The notes: generated from the letters alone by a model not told the origin. Shown: positions 1-15,520, counted from the first letter of the stretch. The stretch is 64,000 bases of DNA from Eledone cirrhosa (GCA_964016885.1 OZ024753.1:3286001-3350000); one strand, 5' to 3'. A program made the numbers and translations.

Positions 1-1449
1 ATTTTCAAAATTATTTGAAACTTTTAGGTAGTGTCTTTCATTAAAAATCTGATAATAAATTCGTTAACATATGAAAGTGATATTTTGTCAATACCAAGTT
101 GGCAAAGATATTTAACAATCAGCCGAAATGGGCATTACATCAAGGCTATATCAATGAATTTGTAAAGGAATTGTTTGTTGCTATGATCTATGTGCCAGTG
201 TTCTTTTAGAATATTCATGTTCCTACCCTCTCCTTTTGCATATATGCAAATAGATAAAAACTTGCTGGATTATATAAAACTTCTAAAATGAAATACATTG
301 CATTGTTACCTGCATATGTATGAGAGAGAGAGACAGAGAGAGAGAGTGTGTGTGTGTTCACATACAAACATGCATATGTACCAAGTTCTGTAATTTAAAT
401 TACCCATGATAATTCTTTTCAATTTTACTATTGATATATGTGCACATTGATATTTGATAAATACAAATATATTCTTTGATCACTCTTAGCTCATTAATGA
501 ATTAATTTTATAATTGTCTTTCGATTAAATTCTTCTTAGAGATCTTCAATGAATAATGTGTGGAAATAACTATTGTTGAAATGTAATGTTGAAATATTCT
601 CAATATATATGCTACCAATCAATAATGTTATTGTTTCAATTTTTTGTTTGATTTTCCTTTAATAATGATCTTTGAAAATGTCAACTGTAAATGTCATTTG
701 TAATTCTAACTGCTCTTTTTTAAGAAATATTTTTTTGCATTCTTTACATCAATGAACCTCATACAACGATGTCCTTCCGTTCTGTGTTTTACTTTTTATT
801 AATAGCATCTGTAATTTCATGGGTTGATATTCAATGTTTCAAATGAGTTGATTATTTTGTATGTATAAAAGACGTAAATTTTGGACTTTATAAAAGAATT
901 AACCTGATTATTCATTCTATAAAGCATATAGTCATGGTATAAGTTTGATAAAATAGTAGAATGTTTTAAACAATTCTTATAAATAAATAAATACAAACAT
1001 GAAGTCTAGCAGTTGAATTATATAAAACACAAAAATCTCAATCATGATATTTTCCAAGAAATTTGTATGCAAAAAACATCTATTGACGATTTCAATATCC
1101 AACTTAAAAAATACAGTATTATAAACTCATTTATATGTTTGTCTGTTACGAATAGAAAATAGAACAAAGCAGCAAATATACAAGAATAATTTAGATTATA
1201 TTCATATCAATACAATATAAACATTATTGAATTTTCCTGGAATGTTTTCTTAATGATATTAATAAGAATCAATACACTTTAATTTATACAACAGTATAAT
1301 GTAAAAGCTCTTGCTTTTGGTTCTTGTAGTGATTTGATCATCTTGATCACTATCGTTTTGTAATTCATATTTCGATGTTTGCATGGATGGGATGCGATAG
1401 GTTTTTTTCTAGCAGGTTTTCTAGGCCCAGATGCTCTTCCTGATGCCCT

Positions 1450-1770
1450 CAGCACTGGATTTATTAGGGGTAGTGGAGACAAATACTCTGCTCCCAACCA
1501 CATCCAAAGGAATCCCTCTCTAAACAGGGTCCCATCTTCTATCTCTCTCTCTTCCTGCTTATATATATATATATATATTAGTAAAAAGGAAAAGAAAATG
1601 CTGACAAATTTTTCCCAGTGAATATATCACAACTCGTGTGTCACACCTCTATTTTTTTAAATATATATATATATAAGAGAGAGAGAGAGTTATATTATAT
1701 ATATATAAGTGTTATATGAGAGGCCTACTAAATTTAAACTCCAGGCCTCGAAGATCTAAATCTGGTTCTG
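1450..1770. mobile_element. hAT-type MITE (non-autonomous DNA transposon)
   Basis: Imperfect TIRs CAGCACTGGATTTA / TAAATCTGGTTCTG; exact 8-bp TSD GATGCCCT at 1442-1449 and 1771-1778. Confidence 0.75.
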
Positions 1771-2653
1771 GATGCCCTCCCAGACTTTAATCTACATATT
1801 GTACATACTAATAGCAGTTGACAAATCACTTCACTGCAGGATATGTTTATGGGGAACATAATAATCTGTCACTGCAGGTTTTATAATCAGAATCTATATA
1901 AGCTTATGTTGTAACTGGAATACACAACCACCCACACACAGACACAGATAAATAGGTGTGCTTCATTCATATGGCATGAGTCTGCCTGTGGCTATAGCTG
2001 AAGACACTTGCCCATGATATCAGTATCACAATGACAGAAAACACAAAATCACATAGCTGCAAAGCAAACTTCTTAATCACACAAAAATGCCTGCACCTAT
2101 TTCATTTCCGTTATATTACTAATACTGGTGGATTGACAGTATAAGTGGAGAGCCAGATATCATGCTTTGTAGAATATAGTAACATCCCTTTACTGTCTGA
2201 GTTACAATCCCATTGAAGGAAGCTTTGCCTTTCATCCTTACAGGGTCATTAAAATAAAGTACCAGAAATGTAATGAGGTCGATTTAATTGATTTTCACTG
2301 ACCCCAAATTGTTGGCTTTGTGCTTAGCCAGAAACAGTTCTATATGAGTAAGACACATTCACCTGACCCAACTTACCTCAAATAGGACAACCCATCTAAC
2401 CCATGCTAGCCTGGAAAATAGATGTTAAATGATGATGATAATGATTATCCATGCAGAAATACCAGAGAATTTAGTGAAACTAACTGTGTGCAGTGAAAAT
2501 ATCAATCTTTGTCAAATGCTTTATTTTTGTCCTCTTAAAATTACATCAGTTCTTTGGGGTTATTTTCAAAATAAAAAAGTATCTGAAGAATCATTTAATG
2601 ACTTATAGGATACCGATATATGTTTTGAATTCATAGATATAGTTCCAATGATA

Positions 2654-2838
2654 CTGATTTCTACTTTAGGCACAAGGCCAGAAATTATCCCAGTGCAGTA
2701 CTGGTACTTTATTTTATCAACCCCATAAGGATGAAAGGCAAAGTTAACCTTGGTGGGATTTGAACTTAGATCATAAAGGGCCGTAACTCTATGCTGCTAA
2801 GCATGGCGTCCGACCCTCTACCAATACTGCCACTCCAA
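2654..2838 (-). mobile_element. tRNA-derived SINE, family B (central CTTTGCCTTTCATCCTT..GGGGTCGATAAAATAAAGTACCAG domain, Meta-domain-like)
   Basis: Reverse complement matches the copies at 16636, 25413 and 35881 (B-box GTTCAAATCC, central domain, 3' GGCCTTGTGCC..AAGTAGAAA). The superfamily name is tentative. Confidence 0.75.
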
Positions 2839-5754
2839 TATAATACCAAATATAATACAAACAATGAACCGGTTCAATAAACATACACACACAATGTTGA
2901 TAAAAATAAAAGAGCTCAAGGCAACTGAGTTTTTAAAAAAATATTCTTAAAAATATATTCTTGAATAGAGTTTATTTGGTATTGGGAAGGTTGGTATTTA
3001 AGAGTTTAAATATTTAAGCTGGTATAGTAATTTTGAAGACTTCATATAATTTGTAGTAAATTTAGAGATGTAATATTCATTTTGAAATCAACTAAGAAAT
3101 AAAATATAAAAAATTGTCTGAGAAGGAAGGAAATGATTATATATACACCAAGCAAATAACAAACAGCTTCCATGCAGTAATGATGTATAATTAAAATAGC
3201 ACTATTTGATAAATTCATTTATTTTAGTTCAATTATATTTAGCACATTTCAAGCTGTGTAACCAGACCTAATATGCATTTACTAAAAACATATCCTTTTT
3301 ATTTACTATCAAAATTCTCCCATGGTGTTCAACTTTAATTCATATTTTCTGCTCATTTTGAAAGCATTAGTTCTTCAAGTGTTGCTAAGCTACATCACAC
3401 TTCACAACACCCGCCTCAATTTTATCTGACAAATATATAACAAGAAATAATATCAAATTTAGATCGAGTCATTAAGGCAACATCATACCTGCTGTGATGT
3501 CAAATGATGGTATTGCACACTAATTAATTCACAGCTAATCAGGAATGGCTTCAATATATGTAATTGTTTAAATAGTCTCACTTTCACATGCTTGATATTA
3601 TGCTATGCCAAGTGATTTCCTGTTTCCTCATCATATCACTTTGTTTCTACAGGAGGCCTATATTATCACGGATAGACGTTTCAACCAATCGATGAGAATG
3701 TACTTTAGTTGCAAGCTGAATAAATGTGAAAATTTGTGCCTAGAACATCTTTCCAAATTTTAATATTCAGTACGCTTTGTGATTTCAAGCAGTAAATCAC
3801 CCTAATATTTTCTATATTATAAATGTTCTAAGATGCTGTAAATGTAAGTACACTATATATCCAATTATAGATATAATGAACTAATATTTTAAAGAAAAGC
3901 ATGCATCTACAAGTGATATAAACTTGAAAAGTTGGAAAAGATGGAAAAGAGGACATAAGTGTATTCAAGTAAAAACTATTGAGTCATTTCATATTTGCCG
4001 GTACATTCATATTACAAATCTTTTCTTTCTCTTTTTAAGATAATAAGGAAACTCAAGCTATTTTGCTCTGAGTGGTTAAGAAGTTTCTTTTGTAATGATT
4101 AGGTTCCAGATTTGTCTCCAGTAAATGGTTTCTGATGCAAGAGTCGTTGCTTGACTTCACCAAAGAGGTCTGAGTGAAATTGGGAAAAAGGAAATTTTGT
4201 GAAAGTCCATCAGATGGATTATACCTGTAATTCAAAATTCAGCTTTCTCACGTATTGCATCATCTAGATTTGGCTTGAAAATTAGGTTTGAAGTACATGG
4301 GTCTGTAGAACACCCACTTACACATGAATGTATGAGTCATAGTTTCAGTTGATTAAATGCTCATTTCAACATCGATAGAGGAACCATTATTGAAATATAT
4401 AATTACCACACTTGCTTTCATCAACCTAGCATAAACCTTGAAACTTATTCAATATAACAGTTGATTTTCTAACAATTAGGAATTATAAAAAATCTTTCTC
4501 TAATCATCTATGTATATCCCCATAACACCAGAGAATGCCACAGAAGTGCTGGAGTGACACATAGAATTTTGGGGGCATTTTAAATCTGGAAGTGCCCATC
4601 CCCTCCTTTGTTCCAAACACAGCTGATTTCATCCAGAACAAGAAAAAGAAGTGAGAAAGAGATATTGAGGAATAATTAGTCTCAGTACTGGAGTGGTACT
4701 TTCTTTTTCTATTGATCTTGAAAGGAAGACAAAGTTGTCTTCAGTGGGATTTGAATTCAGAGTGCAGAGAGAAGGAATACCACAAAGCATTCTATGCAAC
4801 ACTCTAAATGGCTCAATTTACTGTCTATCTAATCATTATACGGCTTTGTACATTATTTAACGATGGCTGTGTTGTTTACATAAATCACTGCAAATCTACA
4901 CTTCATAGAGTAGTTATTTTACAGCAGATAGTGAATCTGTTAATACCAACCTGTCTGTGTAAGTAATTTCACCAATCACTGAACTATGAGGAGAGTAATT
5001 ATAACTAATTAGGACACATGTAAATATGTCATTAAGTAGCGATTCCAGAAAGATTGCATTGGAGTAATTTGCCACTTCCTACATGACTATTGCAGAATTT
5101 CAACAATATCTGCAAGCTAATGAAACAATTATCCATTACACAATTCAATGCTGTTTATTATGGTAAAGAGCACTCATTTAACTATTATACCAACCTGTAG
5201 TGGTAATGGAAGAGAGAGAATCAGTAGAGGTGTTAAAGCATTGGATTAAATACCTTGTGATATTCACTTCAGCTCATTGTAGTTCAAGATAAAATCTTGC
5301 CGAAGTCAACTTTGACTTTTATATTTTCAGGTTCAATAAATATATAACATTTCAGGGAAATGGATTGGCAGAATTGTTAATGATTCCGATGTGATGATTC
5401 AGAATGAATTCTTTGCTCAGCCATTTGCATTCCGAGATCAACATTGTCTTTCCTTGAGACAATATTAGTGACATGGAGAAGAAAGTTGTGCATCCATGAG
5501 TAATTATCGGTTTCCCAGAAAAGTTTGCTCAGGCTTGCACCTTTTAAGGTGCATATACATGATCTCATGAGGCAGATATATGGAGGCTTTGCAATTGTAA
5601 TGAGCTACATTATCTATATCTACATTTGAGATACTTCCATCTGTCCTTCCATCACACACTAGAGGTGATTGAAGAAGGAAGGGGTGGTAACATAGACTAG
5701 AGTTGAGGATAAAAGGGGTGATGATAAACTACAGAAAACAGCGTCTAACATTCA

Positions 5755-5893
5755 CTGATGCAGGCTGCTACCACTTTTGGTATAACTACCTCATACTACT
5801 CCTCTCTCTTTATATCTGATGCAGGCTGGTACTACTGTTGTTATGACCACCTCATACTACTCCTCTCTATGTCAGATGTAGGCTGCTACCACG
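5755..5893. repeat. Tandem repeat, ~60-bp unit, ~2.3 copies
   Basis: CTGATGCAGGCTG(C/G)TAC..ACCTCATACTACTCCTCTCT recurs in tandem. Confidence 0.7.
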
Positions 5894-7086
5894 CACATGC
5901 ATCAGCTTGTTGATAAAAATCCTTGTGAAATAAATGTCTTTAGCAAAGAGACATTGGAACACTGGTAATAGAATACAAACTGTTACTGCATTTGTTGAGC
6001 CAACAAATTGTGAGACTTGGTTTTGGTAGATGTAGAGGAGTCATAGTTAAACTGTGGCCCACTTGGCTTTCTGAATAACATGTCTAATTTCAACATTATC
6101 TTGAATGTTTTAGTAGTGTGGACTTTTGATGAGCCACGTCCTATGCTCAAAAAAGGTTACCCATGCCTGATATAGACAAAGATATTGATTTGTTTCTGTC
6201 TCAAAATGAACATGAAATAACTGTATTATGATATGAACTCATGCCTTCTAGTTACTAGACTAGAAATGTAGCTAAATCTAGGTAATTGTTCTAGCTATGG
6301 ACAAGAAATAAATCTAATGAGTGCAGTATCATATACAGATTCAGTAAAACAAATCTGTGAATGTGACAAGTTTCAAAACAGAACCCACAAATATTATTCT
6401 AGAGATTGTGTATTAAATATGTATATCATCATCATCATCACTAAGATTACTACCACTAATAATATCATCATCATCATCATAATGTTTTGTTATGCTGACT
6501 CGGCAATCTATAAAACTTTCAAACTAAAAACTTAATTAGCTCCCTCAAAATGCATGTGTGTGAAAAAAATTTCATATTTAATATTTATTTTATTTATCAT
6601 TAATATAATTTGGACAGGATAAACAAGAAACAATATCTTTATTATATAACTTCTCTTCCTTTCTTCAAAATTGTTCTCACTATGTACCTATCAATATATT
6701 AGACTATCTCTCTCTCTATCTCTCTGTCAGTCTCTCTATGTCTCACACACTCTAGCATAGAACATTCTTCCATGCTGAAGCCAATACCATACAAACAATA
6801 AGTGTTTATAATGAGATATATAAGTCAGTAAATCTAAAGGATAAATAGATTATTGTCTCTATGTCGGGACAACAGCAGTCTGATAGTTTATGTTATTATA
6901 CTGTTCGCTCTTGCATTCTTTTACCAACAACTCATATAACAAATGGGACTATTATTTTGAAAACACCATAGTCTCCTCCATTATAATTTTGGCAGCAAAG
7001 CAAATGTATACAGCTATTGTTCTTATGTTTGTGTAATTTTGTTTTATGTATGTATGTATTTAGATGTGTATAGGTGTGTGTATGGG

Positions 7087-7147
<61 letters not shown>

Positions 7148-8314
7148 ACACACATACATCATCATTTAATGTCTGTTTTCACTACATTCATATACAAACA
7201 CAAACACACACACACACACACACATATATACAAGAGTGTGTGAGTGAGTGCATGTGTGTATGTGTTTGTATATATGTAATCATGTGTATAAATATGTATT
7301 GAAATGTGATCAATAGTCTACCAACTTAACCCTGTAGCTACTATAGTGTACTACTGTTATAGATTCTAACAGTAACTGTTTAGTGTACAAAAAACATCTG
7401 TGTCAGACTATCATGAGATGCTATGCAAGGAGCAGTTATAATATATGTGTAATACACAATACAACTGTAACAGTTCTATCAAGCCGTTAAATTTCTATTG
7501 TTAATCAATGTGTTATATTTAAAAAATACATATATATATACACAAAAGAACAACAATAAAGAAATGGATGTGTGTGTGGAACTCTGAACCACCTGTTATA
7601 GGATTGATTTTAATACACAAAGAGCGGAAAGAGAAAGGAGTGGAAATATCTCAAGAATAGGACCAGTTTCTCATACTTTATAGCTCATCTTTAATTATTT
7701 CTGACAACACCCAATCTTTGAAAAAGCTGTCCAGCATGAAATGACAATTTAATGACATCATGAAGAGACAGTCAATGAAACTGATCATTGTTAGCTTCAC
7801 ACCATCTGTTAAACTGACTTTTCTTTATTGGCAAGCTAACATTAAACTTAAGCAGCAATGTTACAAAATATTTTATTTTATTATGGAGTTTTATAGCATT
7901 TATTTTTTTTGTCTCATTAAAACAGTTCCTTACCTTGTTTTCAATTTTATTTTTATTCTGTTTTGTTGTCTGAGATGGTGAATAGCCCCCTTGTCAGCAT
8001 AGCTCCAGCAGACCTGAGACCTATGACTTGCAAGTAACTAATTGAAGTATTATTTGATTGTTGTTTTTAGCTGCAGCTTGGTTAAGGTGGTTAAGAGTTA
8101 TTCTGTGTAAAGAATTTGTACATAGAAAATGTGGGTTCCATATAGGCATAATGTTTCACTTCTATGTTACCATATTTCTAATGAAAGACACTGTCTATAG
8201 ATTTCAAATCTTTTTGAAAAAAACCCAGGAATTTGAAAGGATTTAGTAACATAACTTTCTCATCATTGCGTTGGTGTTTTGAGCATAACTTAAAGATTCT
8301 TCTCTCTTCCTCTC

Positions 8315-8358
<44 letters not shown>

Positions 8359-8665
8359 TTTATGAAGGCATGTGACTGAGTAAGAGAATTGGATTTGCAA
8401 TTGTATGGTTGTGATTTTAATTCCCAGATTGGTCGACGTGTTATGTACTTGAGCAAGACACTTTATTTAATGTTCCTTCTACCTGGAATTGTGACTGATG
8501 GATAGTATTAGCAATTGGAAAGCCCAATGGAAACATTGTTTCCTTGGTCGAATTTGACGAGCTCCACCCCACTTATTAAGTGAATGAGGTTTGGGATCGT
8601 GTCGATTGACTGTATGTATATATATATATATATACATACATACACATATATACACACACACACAC

Positions 8666-8700
<35 letters not shown>

Positions 8701-10536
8701 TCACGCTCTCTCTCTTATAATTATAGTTACAAACCAAAATTAAAAGTTTAAGACATTTAATTACTGACAATTGTTTCTTCCTTTAAAAATATACATCAAA
8801 CAACAAATTATTTTATTAAAAAATATGCTGTTAGTTTGCACAAACCTTAAGAATCATCATACACATAACCAACACATATGGTGGGCATTTACACAGTTTC
8901 TGTCAACTAAAGTCTACTGACAAGGAACTGATCAACCACAGTTTGTAAGAGAAGACATGTGTCAAAGACGCTATACAATAACGTTAAACAAAATCACTTG
9001 GTTAGGAAGAGAAAACATCATAACCATCTCGACCACAAAGCCATTTCTGTGTCTATGGTTACTTATAATCTAGACTGGTATTTAGTTCTTTTAACCAATG
9101 CCTACATTACAAAAGCAAAAACGTAGGTAAGGATATAAAGAATTTGAATATTGAAATAATGCTAATGCTATTGTTTCTTAATAGTTACTTCAAAGATATA
9201 ACGTAATGGAATATAAAACAAGGTTTTAGGTAATGTACATTATATCTTTAATATGTACTTCATATATGATATCTAATTTTTGCTAATATGTAGTGGAAAA
9301 TCGATGCTTTTAGAAATGTTCTCATAATCAACCATTCCTTTTCATGTAATTCTCTAAAATATTTAATAGTACCTCTTTAGTCCCCCTTACGATACACAGA
9401 GACACAGTGAACTTTTTCTAAAAATGTGGTATGCACATTAAATTCTTTTTTTAATTTTTACTGGCTTCAGTCATCTGAATGGAGACAAGCTGGTCACTGC
9501 CGTAAGGGTTTTAGTTAATCATCTTGATACCAGTTCTTATTTTATCAATCTCTATTTGCTGAATTGATGAGTTGCAGTTGCACGCTCCAAAAATTGCTGT
9601 TGGAAAATGTAGTCATTTTTGTCAGGAAATTATGAACATCTGCACCCCCCAAAATGGCAGGAGCAATATGCTTATAGCTGCAGGACATAACAGCCAGCAA
9701 TGTAATTACAGATACATAGATATACATATAGAATTATATATATGTAAGGATTCAGTATAACATCTGTCTATATTTCACTCACAAAGCATTGCTAAGCCTG
9801 AGTCTATAGTAAAAGACCTTCAACCAAGATACTATGTAGTAGGACCAAACACAGAACCACATGAATTTGAATCAAATGTCTTAACCACACAGCCATTTCT
9901 AAGGTTATATATATATATATATATTTCATGGTTTAAGCAGATTGCCAAAAATTGAGGCTAGAATGGTCAGGGGCCATGATGGCTTACTTGTACACTCCAT
10001 TTTCTGATTGATTTTTATATTTAGATGCCCTTCCTAATGTCACCCAATTTGCAGTGTATACTAGAAACATTTTAACATGACACCAGCACTCTCACCTTAC
10101 AGGGAAGACTGGGTGCTTTTGTTCTAGGGTGGACTGGGTTCAATTTTTGTAAATGTGATTCGGGACCTCACTCTTCCTAAGTACCCAGTATAGTGCGGGA
10201 ATATAAGTAAGCAAGATGCAGACCCCTAGCATACCTTAGAGGTCAGTAGCTCCATTTAAGTAGTGAGTGACTGCGATGTTTTGTTCAGAACATAGAATGA
10301 ACAACAAAAATCAATGAGGTCTTTAAATCAAATTGAGGGCATCAATATTTACATTGTGATCACATCTGTTCAAAAGCCACCAAAAGTCAAGAAGAAACAG
10401 ATTCTCTCTCTCGCCTGCTCACACTATCAAATTACACAACGAGAACCACGACCACTGCTGAAATATATATTTGTGACTGTGCATGTATGAGAGTCTATGC
10501 ATAGGTTTATAAAAATCAGTGTATACATATAAAATG

Positions 10537-10571
<35 letters not shown>

Positions 10572-11215
10572 ATATATACACACATATTCACATGCATACA
10601 AATATATATTCATTTATGTATGTATGTATATATATATATATATATATATATTCATTTATTTATGTATATATATATATATATACACATATATATATTCATT
10701 TATTTATGTATATATATATATATATACACACACACATACATGTTATGCATACATAACTGCATATATACATAAACAGTACCACATTTCACATAATCCACCT
10801 ACCCCAAACACAGATACACCTTGAATCAACATACTAATAAACCAGGTCTGTGGCTCCACAAATAATCCCTAAGTTGTTTTTGTGTCTTTCCACAATACAA
10901 TCCTGGGAAAATCTGTCTGCCTCAACATGTGTACTGAATCAAAAGTAAACTTAGTTTTCAACTCAGATCTTGACTTTTGATTTACCTATTTATATATTTA
11001 TTTCAAGACACAAAATAACAAAATATTCGCCATTTAGTAGTCAACACTTGCTTGTGAACTATTGAACTAGCATAAGAAATATTTTCCGTTCTATTATTGG
11101 TTAACAGAACAAAGCATAGAGATGGCTACAACTAGCAAAATTTACACACTTGTACACAAATGCACATATACATACACATGTTCACAAAGGTCCATATATA
11201 TATATATATATATAT

Positions 11216-11637
11216 GGAGGCACATGGCTTAGTGGTTAGAATATTGGCCTGGCAATGGAGGCACATGGCTTAGTAGTTAGAGAATTGGCCTTGCAACGGA
11301 GGCACATGGCGTAGTTGTTAGAGCATTGACCTTGCAATCGAAAGGTTGTGAGTTCAATTCTCAGACCGGGTGATGTGTTGTTTCCTTGAGCAAGACACTT
11401 TATTTCACATTGCTCCAGTTTACTCAGCTGTAGAAATGAGATGATAGGGACTGGGATCCCTATCATTCCACTGCAAAGTGGTCGTGAAGGTGCCACGGAA
11501 AAAAAAGCACCCAGCACTCACTGTAAATGAGGTTGGTGTTAGGAAGGGCATCCAGCTGTAGAAATCAAGCCAGAATCAGTTCCTGTCCCACCCTTGCAAG
11601 TAGGGAAAAGCAGACGTAAAATGATGATGATGATGAT
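11216..11637 (+). mobile_element. tRNA-derived SINE, family A (CORE-like domain, RTE-like tail), with triplicated 41-bp head
   Basis: A-box-like TGGCTTAGTGG, B-box GTTCAATTC, TCCTTGAGCAAGACACTT domain, GTTAGGAAGGGCATCCAGCTGTAGAAA tail ending in (ATG)n. Confidence 0.85.
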
Positions 11638-11914
11638 ATATGCACACACACACACACACATGTGTGTATGTATCAAGGCAATTTATCACAGACTTGAACC
11701 AGCATACTTTACTACACACATTGCAAGTTAAGGCTGCATTATTAACTTGTAAATCTGTCTATTCCAGTCAGTTTCTCTCCCCATAACTATTTAACTGTCC
11801 TCTGTACTGAACTTTGGACAGAAGAATCCAACCAAATACTGGGCATGTCAACTCTTCTTTGAACAAGCTACCCTTAGGAAGCTCAATCCCACATTATATA
11901 TAGAGAGATAGAGA

Positions 11915-12160
11915 GGTACAACACTGGAAGGTAATATCTGTAGTGGTAGAGCACTCAGTCCATGGGACGAGTTTGGTAGAAGTAGTAACACAACAGTTAG
12001 TTCACCATACCGAGAACAATTGTTTCACCTTAGCGGATCTTCAGCTCATACAGGTCATGGTTCTTCCTGTTCCATATAACCATGACCAGTACGAGCTGAA
12101 GATCTGCAAAGGCGAAACAATTGTTCTTCGTATGGTGAACTAACTGTTGTGTTACTACTT
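11915..12160. mobile_element. Fold-back element with hammerhead folds on both strands (probable Penelope-like pLTR remnant)
   Basis: Inverted arms 11980-12062 and 12078-12160 with a 15-nt loop; unpaired extension to the left; TA/GA runs on both sides. Confidence 0.7.
12090..12132 (+). ncRNA. Minimal type-I hammerhead ribozyme fold
   Basis: TACGAG-CTGAAGA-TCTGCAAAGGC-GAAAC-AATT-GT-T-CTTCGTA. Conserved core present; palindromic stem/loop III ACAATTGT; stem I has a 1-nt bulge. An antisense copy lies in the left arm (~12008-12050). Confidence 0.65.
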
Positions 12161-13018
12161 ATATATGTATATATATGTGTGTGTTTGTGTGTAAGTATGC
12201 ACATGTACAGTGATGTGGTAGACATAGTATCAATGATGTTGTAGACATGATGTTGTAGACATGATATCAGTGAAGTATTAGAAACTATTTAAACATTTTG
12301 GTAAGATAATCTTGATGCAAGACACTATCTCTGAGTTTAAATTCAGTTTGAAAATAAGTTGGGTTTTGTTACATAGCTTAAAGGTTTTATCATAAAATTA
12401 AAATTAAAGATTTTTAGATAAATATAGTTTTGTATCATAGAGTCAGGGCAGCTTAAGGTAGTTTATTATCAAAAGAATAAAAGAGATGCCATTCAAAATA
12501 AGAAGAGTTGTGAGCTTATTTGTTACATATTATATATTCAATATAAAAATGTTATAGCTGAGCCATAGGTCTACCTTGATCAAATAGATCCATGATCAAA
12601 AGCATACAGACATAAGTGTACCATCGCTTCTTAGGCACTGTCCATCTTGGACCACACCATCCAATGTTTCCTTCCATTGCTTAAAGATTCCAGAAATGAT
12701 TCCAGAAAAAGTTGGCTGATATTTCTATCAGTCTAAGCAACAATATAGAAGCTTCCTTATGAAAATTTTAAAATACTTGTTCGACATATGATAGGTTAAA
12801 CTGCAAAATGTGGAAGTCAAAGTTTAGATGAAAATGGAAACAGGCCCCCTTCAAAATTTTAATGAGAATTTATATTGTGTTGTGTACAGAAATGTGAATG
12901 TGTTTCTATGAATGTGCTTCAAGAATGTATGTATACTAACAAGTACATAGTCTAGATGCATAACTTTATCTGAGGCTTTTGTTTATAATGGTTGTATTTA
13001 TGTCTAAAACCTTTGTGG

Positions 13019-13335
13019 CATCATCATTTCATGGTTGCAAGGGTGGGACGAGAACTGATTGTGGCTTGATTTCTACAGCTGGATGCCCTTCCTAACACCA
13101 ACCCCATTTACAGTGAGTGGTGGGTGCTTTTTTGCCGTGGCACCTCCACGACCTCTTTGCAGTGGAATGACATGGACCCCAGTCCCTATAATCTCATTTC
13201 TACAGCTGAGTAAACTGGAGCAATGTGAAATAAAGTGTCTTGCTCAAGGAAACAACACATCACCCGGTCTGAGAATTGAACTCACAACCTTTCGATTGCA
13301 AGGCCAATACTCTAACCACTATGGCATGTGCCTCC
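13019..13335 (-). mobile_element. SINE family A
   Basis: Reverse complement of the 13545 copy; (CAT)n tail at the left end. Confidence 0.85.
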
Positions 13336-13540
<205 letters not shown>

Positions 13541-13544
13541 GCAT

Positions 13545-14591
<1,047 letters not shown>

Positions 14592-14645
14592 GAAATGACA
14601 GGAGGCCAAATATGTTGAACTTCCTTAATTATTTTGTTTCTGCAA

Positions 14646-14703
14646 ACACTATGCACATTTCAGTAGCCAGGTTACATAATAACCCAATGTCATCTTCAGG
14701 TGT
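14646..14703 (-). ncRNA. Degenerate minimal type-I hammerhead fold
   Basis: Minus strand ACAC-CTGAAGA-[TTGGGTTA..TAACCTGG stem II]-GAAA-TGTGCA-TA-GTGT, just downstream of a (TA)n run. Confidence 0.5.
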
Positions 14704-14861
14704 AAATTGTGTAATAGAGGTATACCAACAGAATTATTGTAAACTAAGGAAACAAGCAAAGAAAAAACAGAGAAGAAAAATATTGTGTGTTTATGATTTT
14801 GACACAGACGCTTCCACTGTTTTGACATCTGTTTTCCCACACGTGCATGGGTTATATATAT

Positions 14862-15090
14862 ATATATAATAGATAAGAGAGATGGTTTTACTCGTACATC
14901 ATTTTATTACATAAATGTAATAAAAGGAAGATGTAGAAGTAAAATCGTCTATCTTCTCTATTATATTAAAACTTCGGTTAATAACTTACAGAGAATATCC
15001 TAAGGAATACAAATCATTGAGTGCTTTATATCTGTTTATGGAAAAGTCGGTAGAATATCTGATCAACCAACTTTCAACAACTGAATAATA
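14862..15090 (+). mobile_element. Diverged fold-back element (inverted arm plus tail) next to (TA)n
   Basis: Imperfect inverted repeat 14862-14966 centred on TTTTATTACAT-AA-ATGTAATAAAA. Confidence 0.5.
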
Positions 15091-15093
15091 TTT

Positions 15094-15520
15094 AGGCACA
15101 TGGCTTAATGGTTAGAGCATTGGGCTTGCAATTGAAAGGTTGTGAGTTCAATTCTTGGACCAGGTGATGCGTTGTTTCCTTGAGAAAGACACTTTATTTC
15201 ACATTGCTCCAGTTTACTCAGCTATAGAAATTAGATGATAGGACTGGGGTCCTTATCATTTCACTGCAAAGCAGTCGTGGAGGTGCCACAGCAAAAAAGC
15301 ACCCAGCCCACACTGTAAAGTGGACGTGTAGGCGCCACGGAAAAAAAGCATCCAGCACTCACTGTAAATGATCTTGGTGTTAGGAAGGGCATCCAGCTGT
15401 AGAAATCAAGCCAGAATCAGTTCCCATATGAGCCGACCGGACACTGCCCACAACAGGACAACTTGTCAAACACATGCTAGCATGGAAGAACGGACGTAAA
15501 ACGGTGATGGTGATGATGAT
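15094..15520 (+). mobile_element. SINE family A (long variant with internal duplication)
   Basis: Same head and CORE-like domain; duplicated GCCAC..AAAAAAGCA.CCAGC..ACTGTAAA block; (GAT)n tail. Confidence 0.85.

Noticed and set aside
3654-3762. Plus-strand acceptor tttgtttctacag| followed by a short frame and AATAAA
   Set aside because: It could be a terminal exon, but the peptides are short and unrecognisable, so it is unsupported.
4053-4224. Possible terminal exon (tacag|GTATAATCC..., YNPSDGLSQNFLFPNF...)
   Set aside because: The acceptor is only moderate and there is no homology; not enough to call as a feature.
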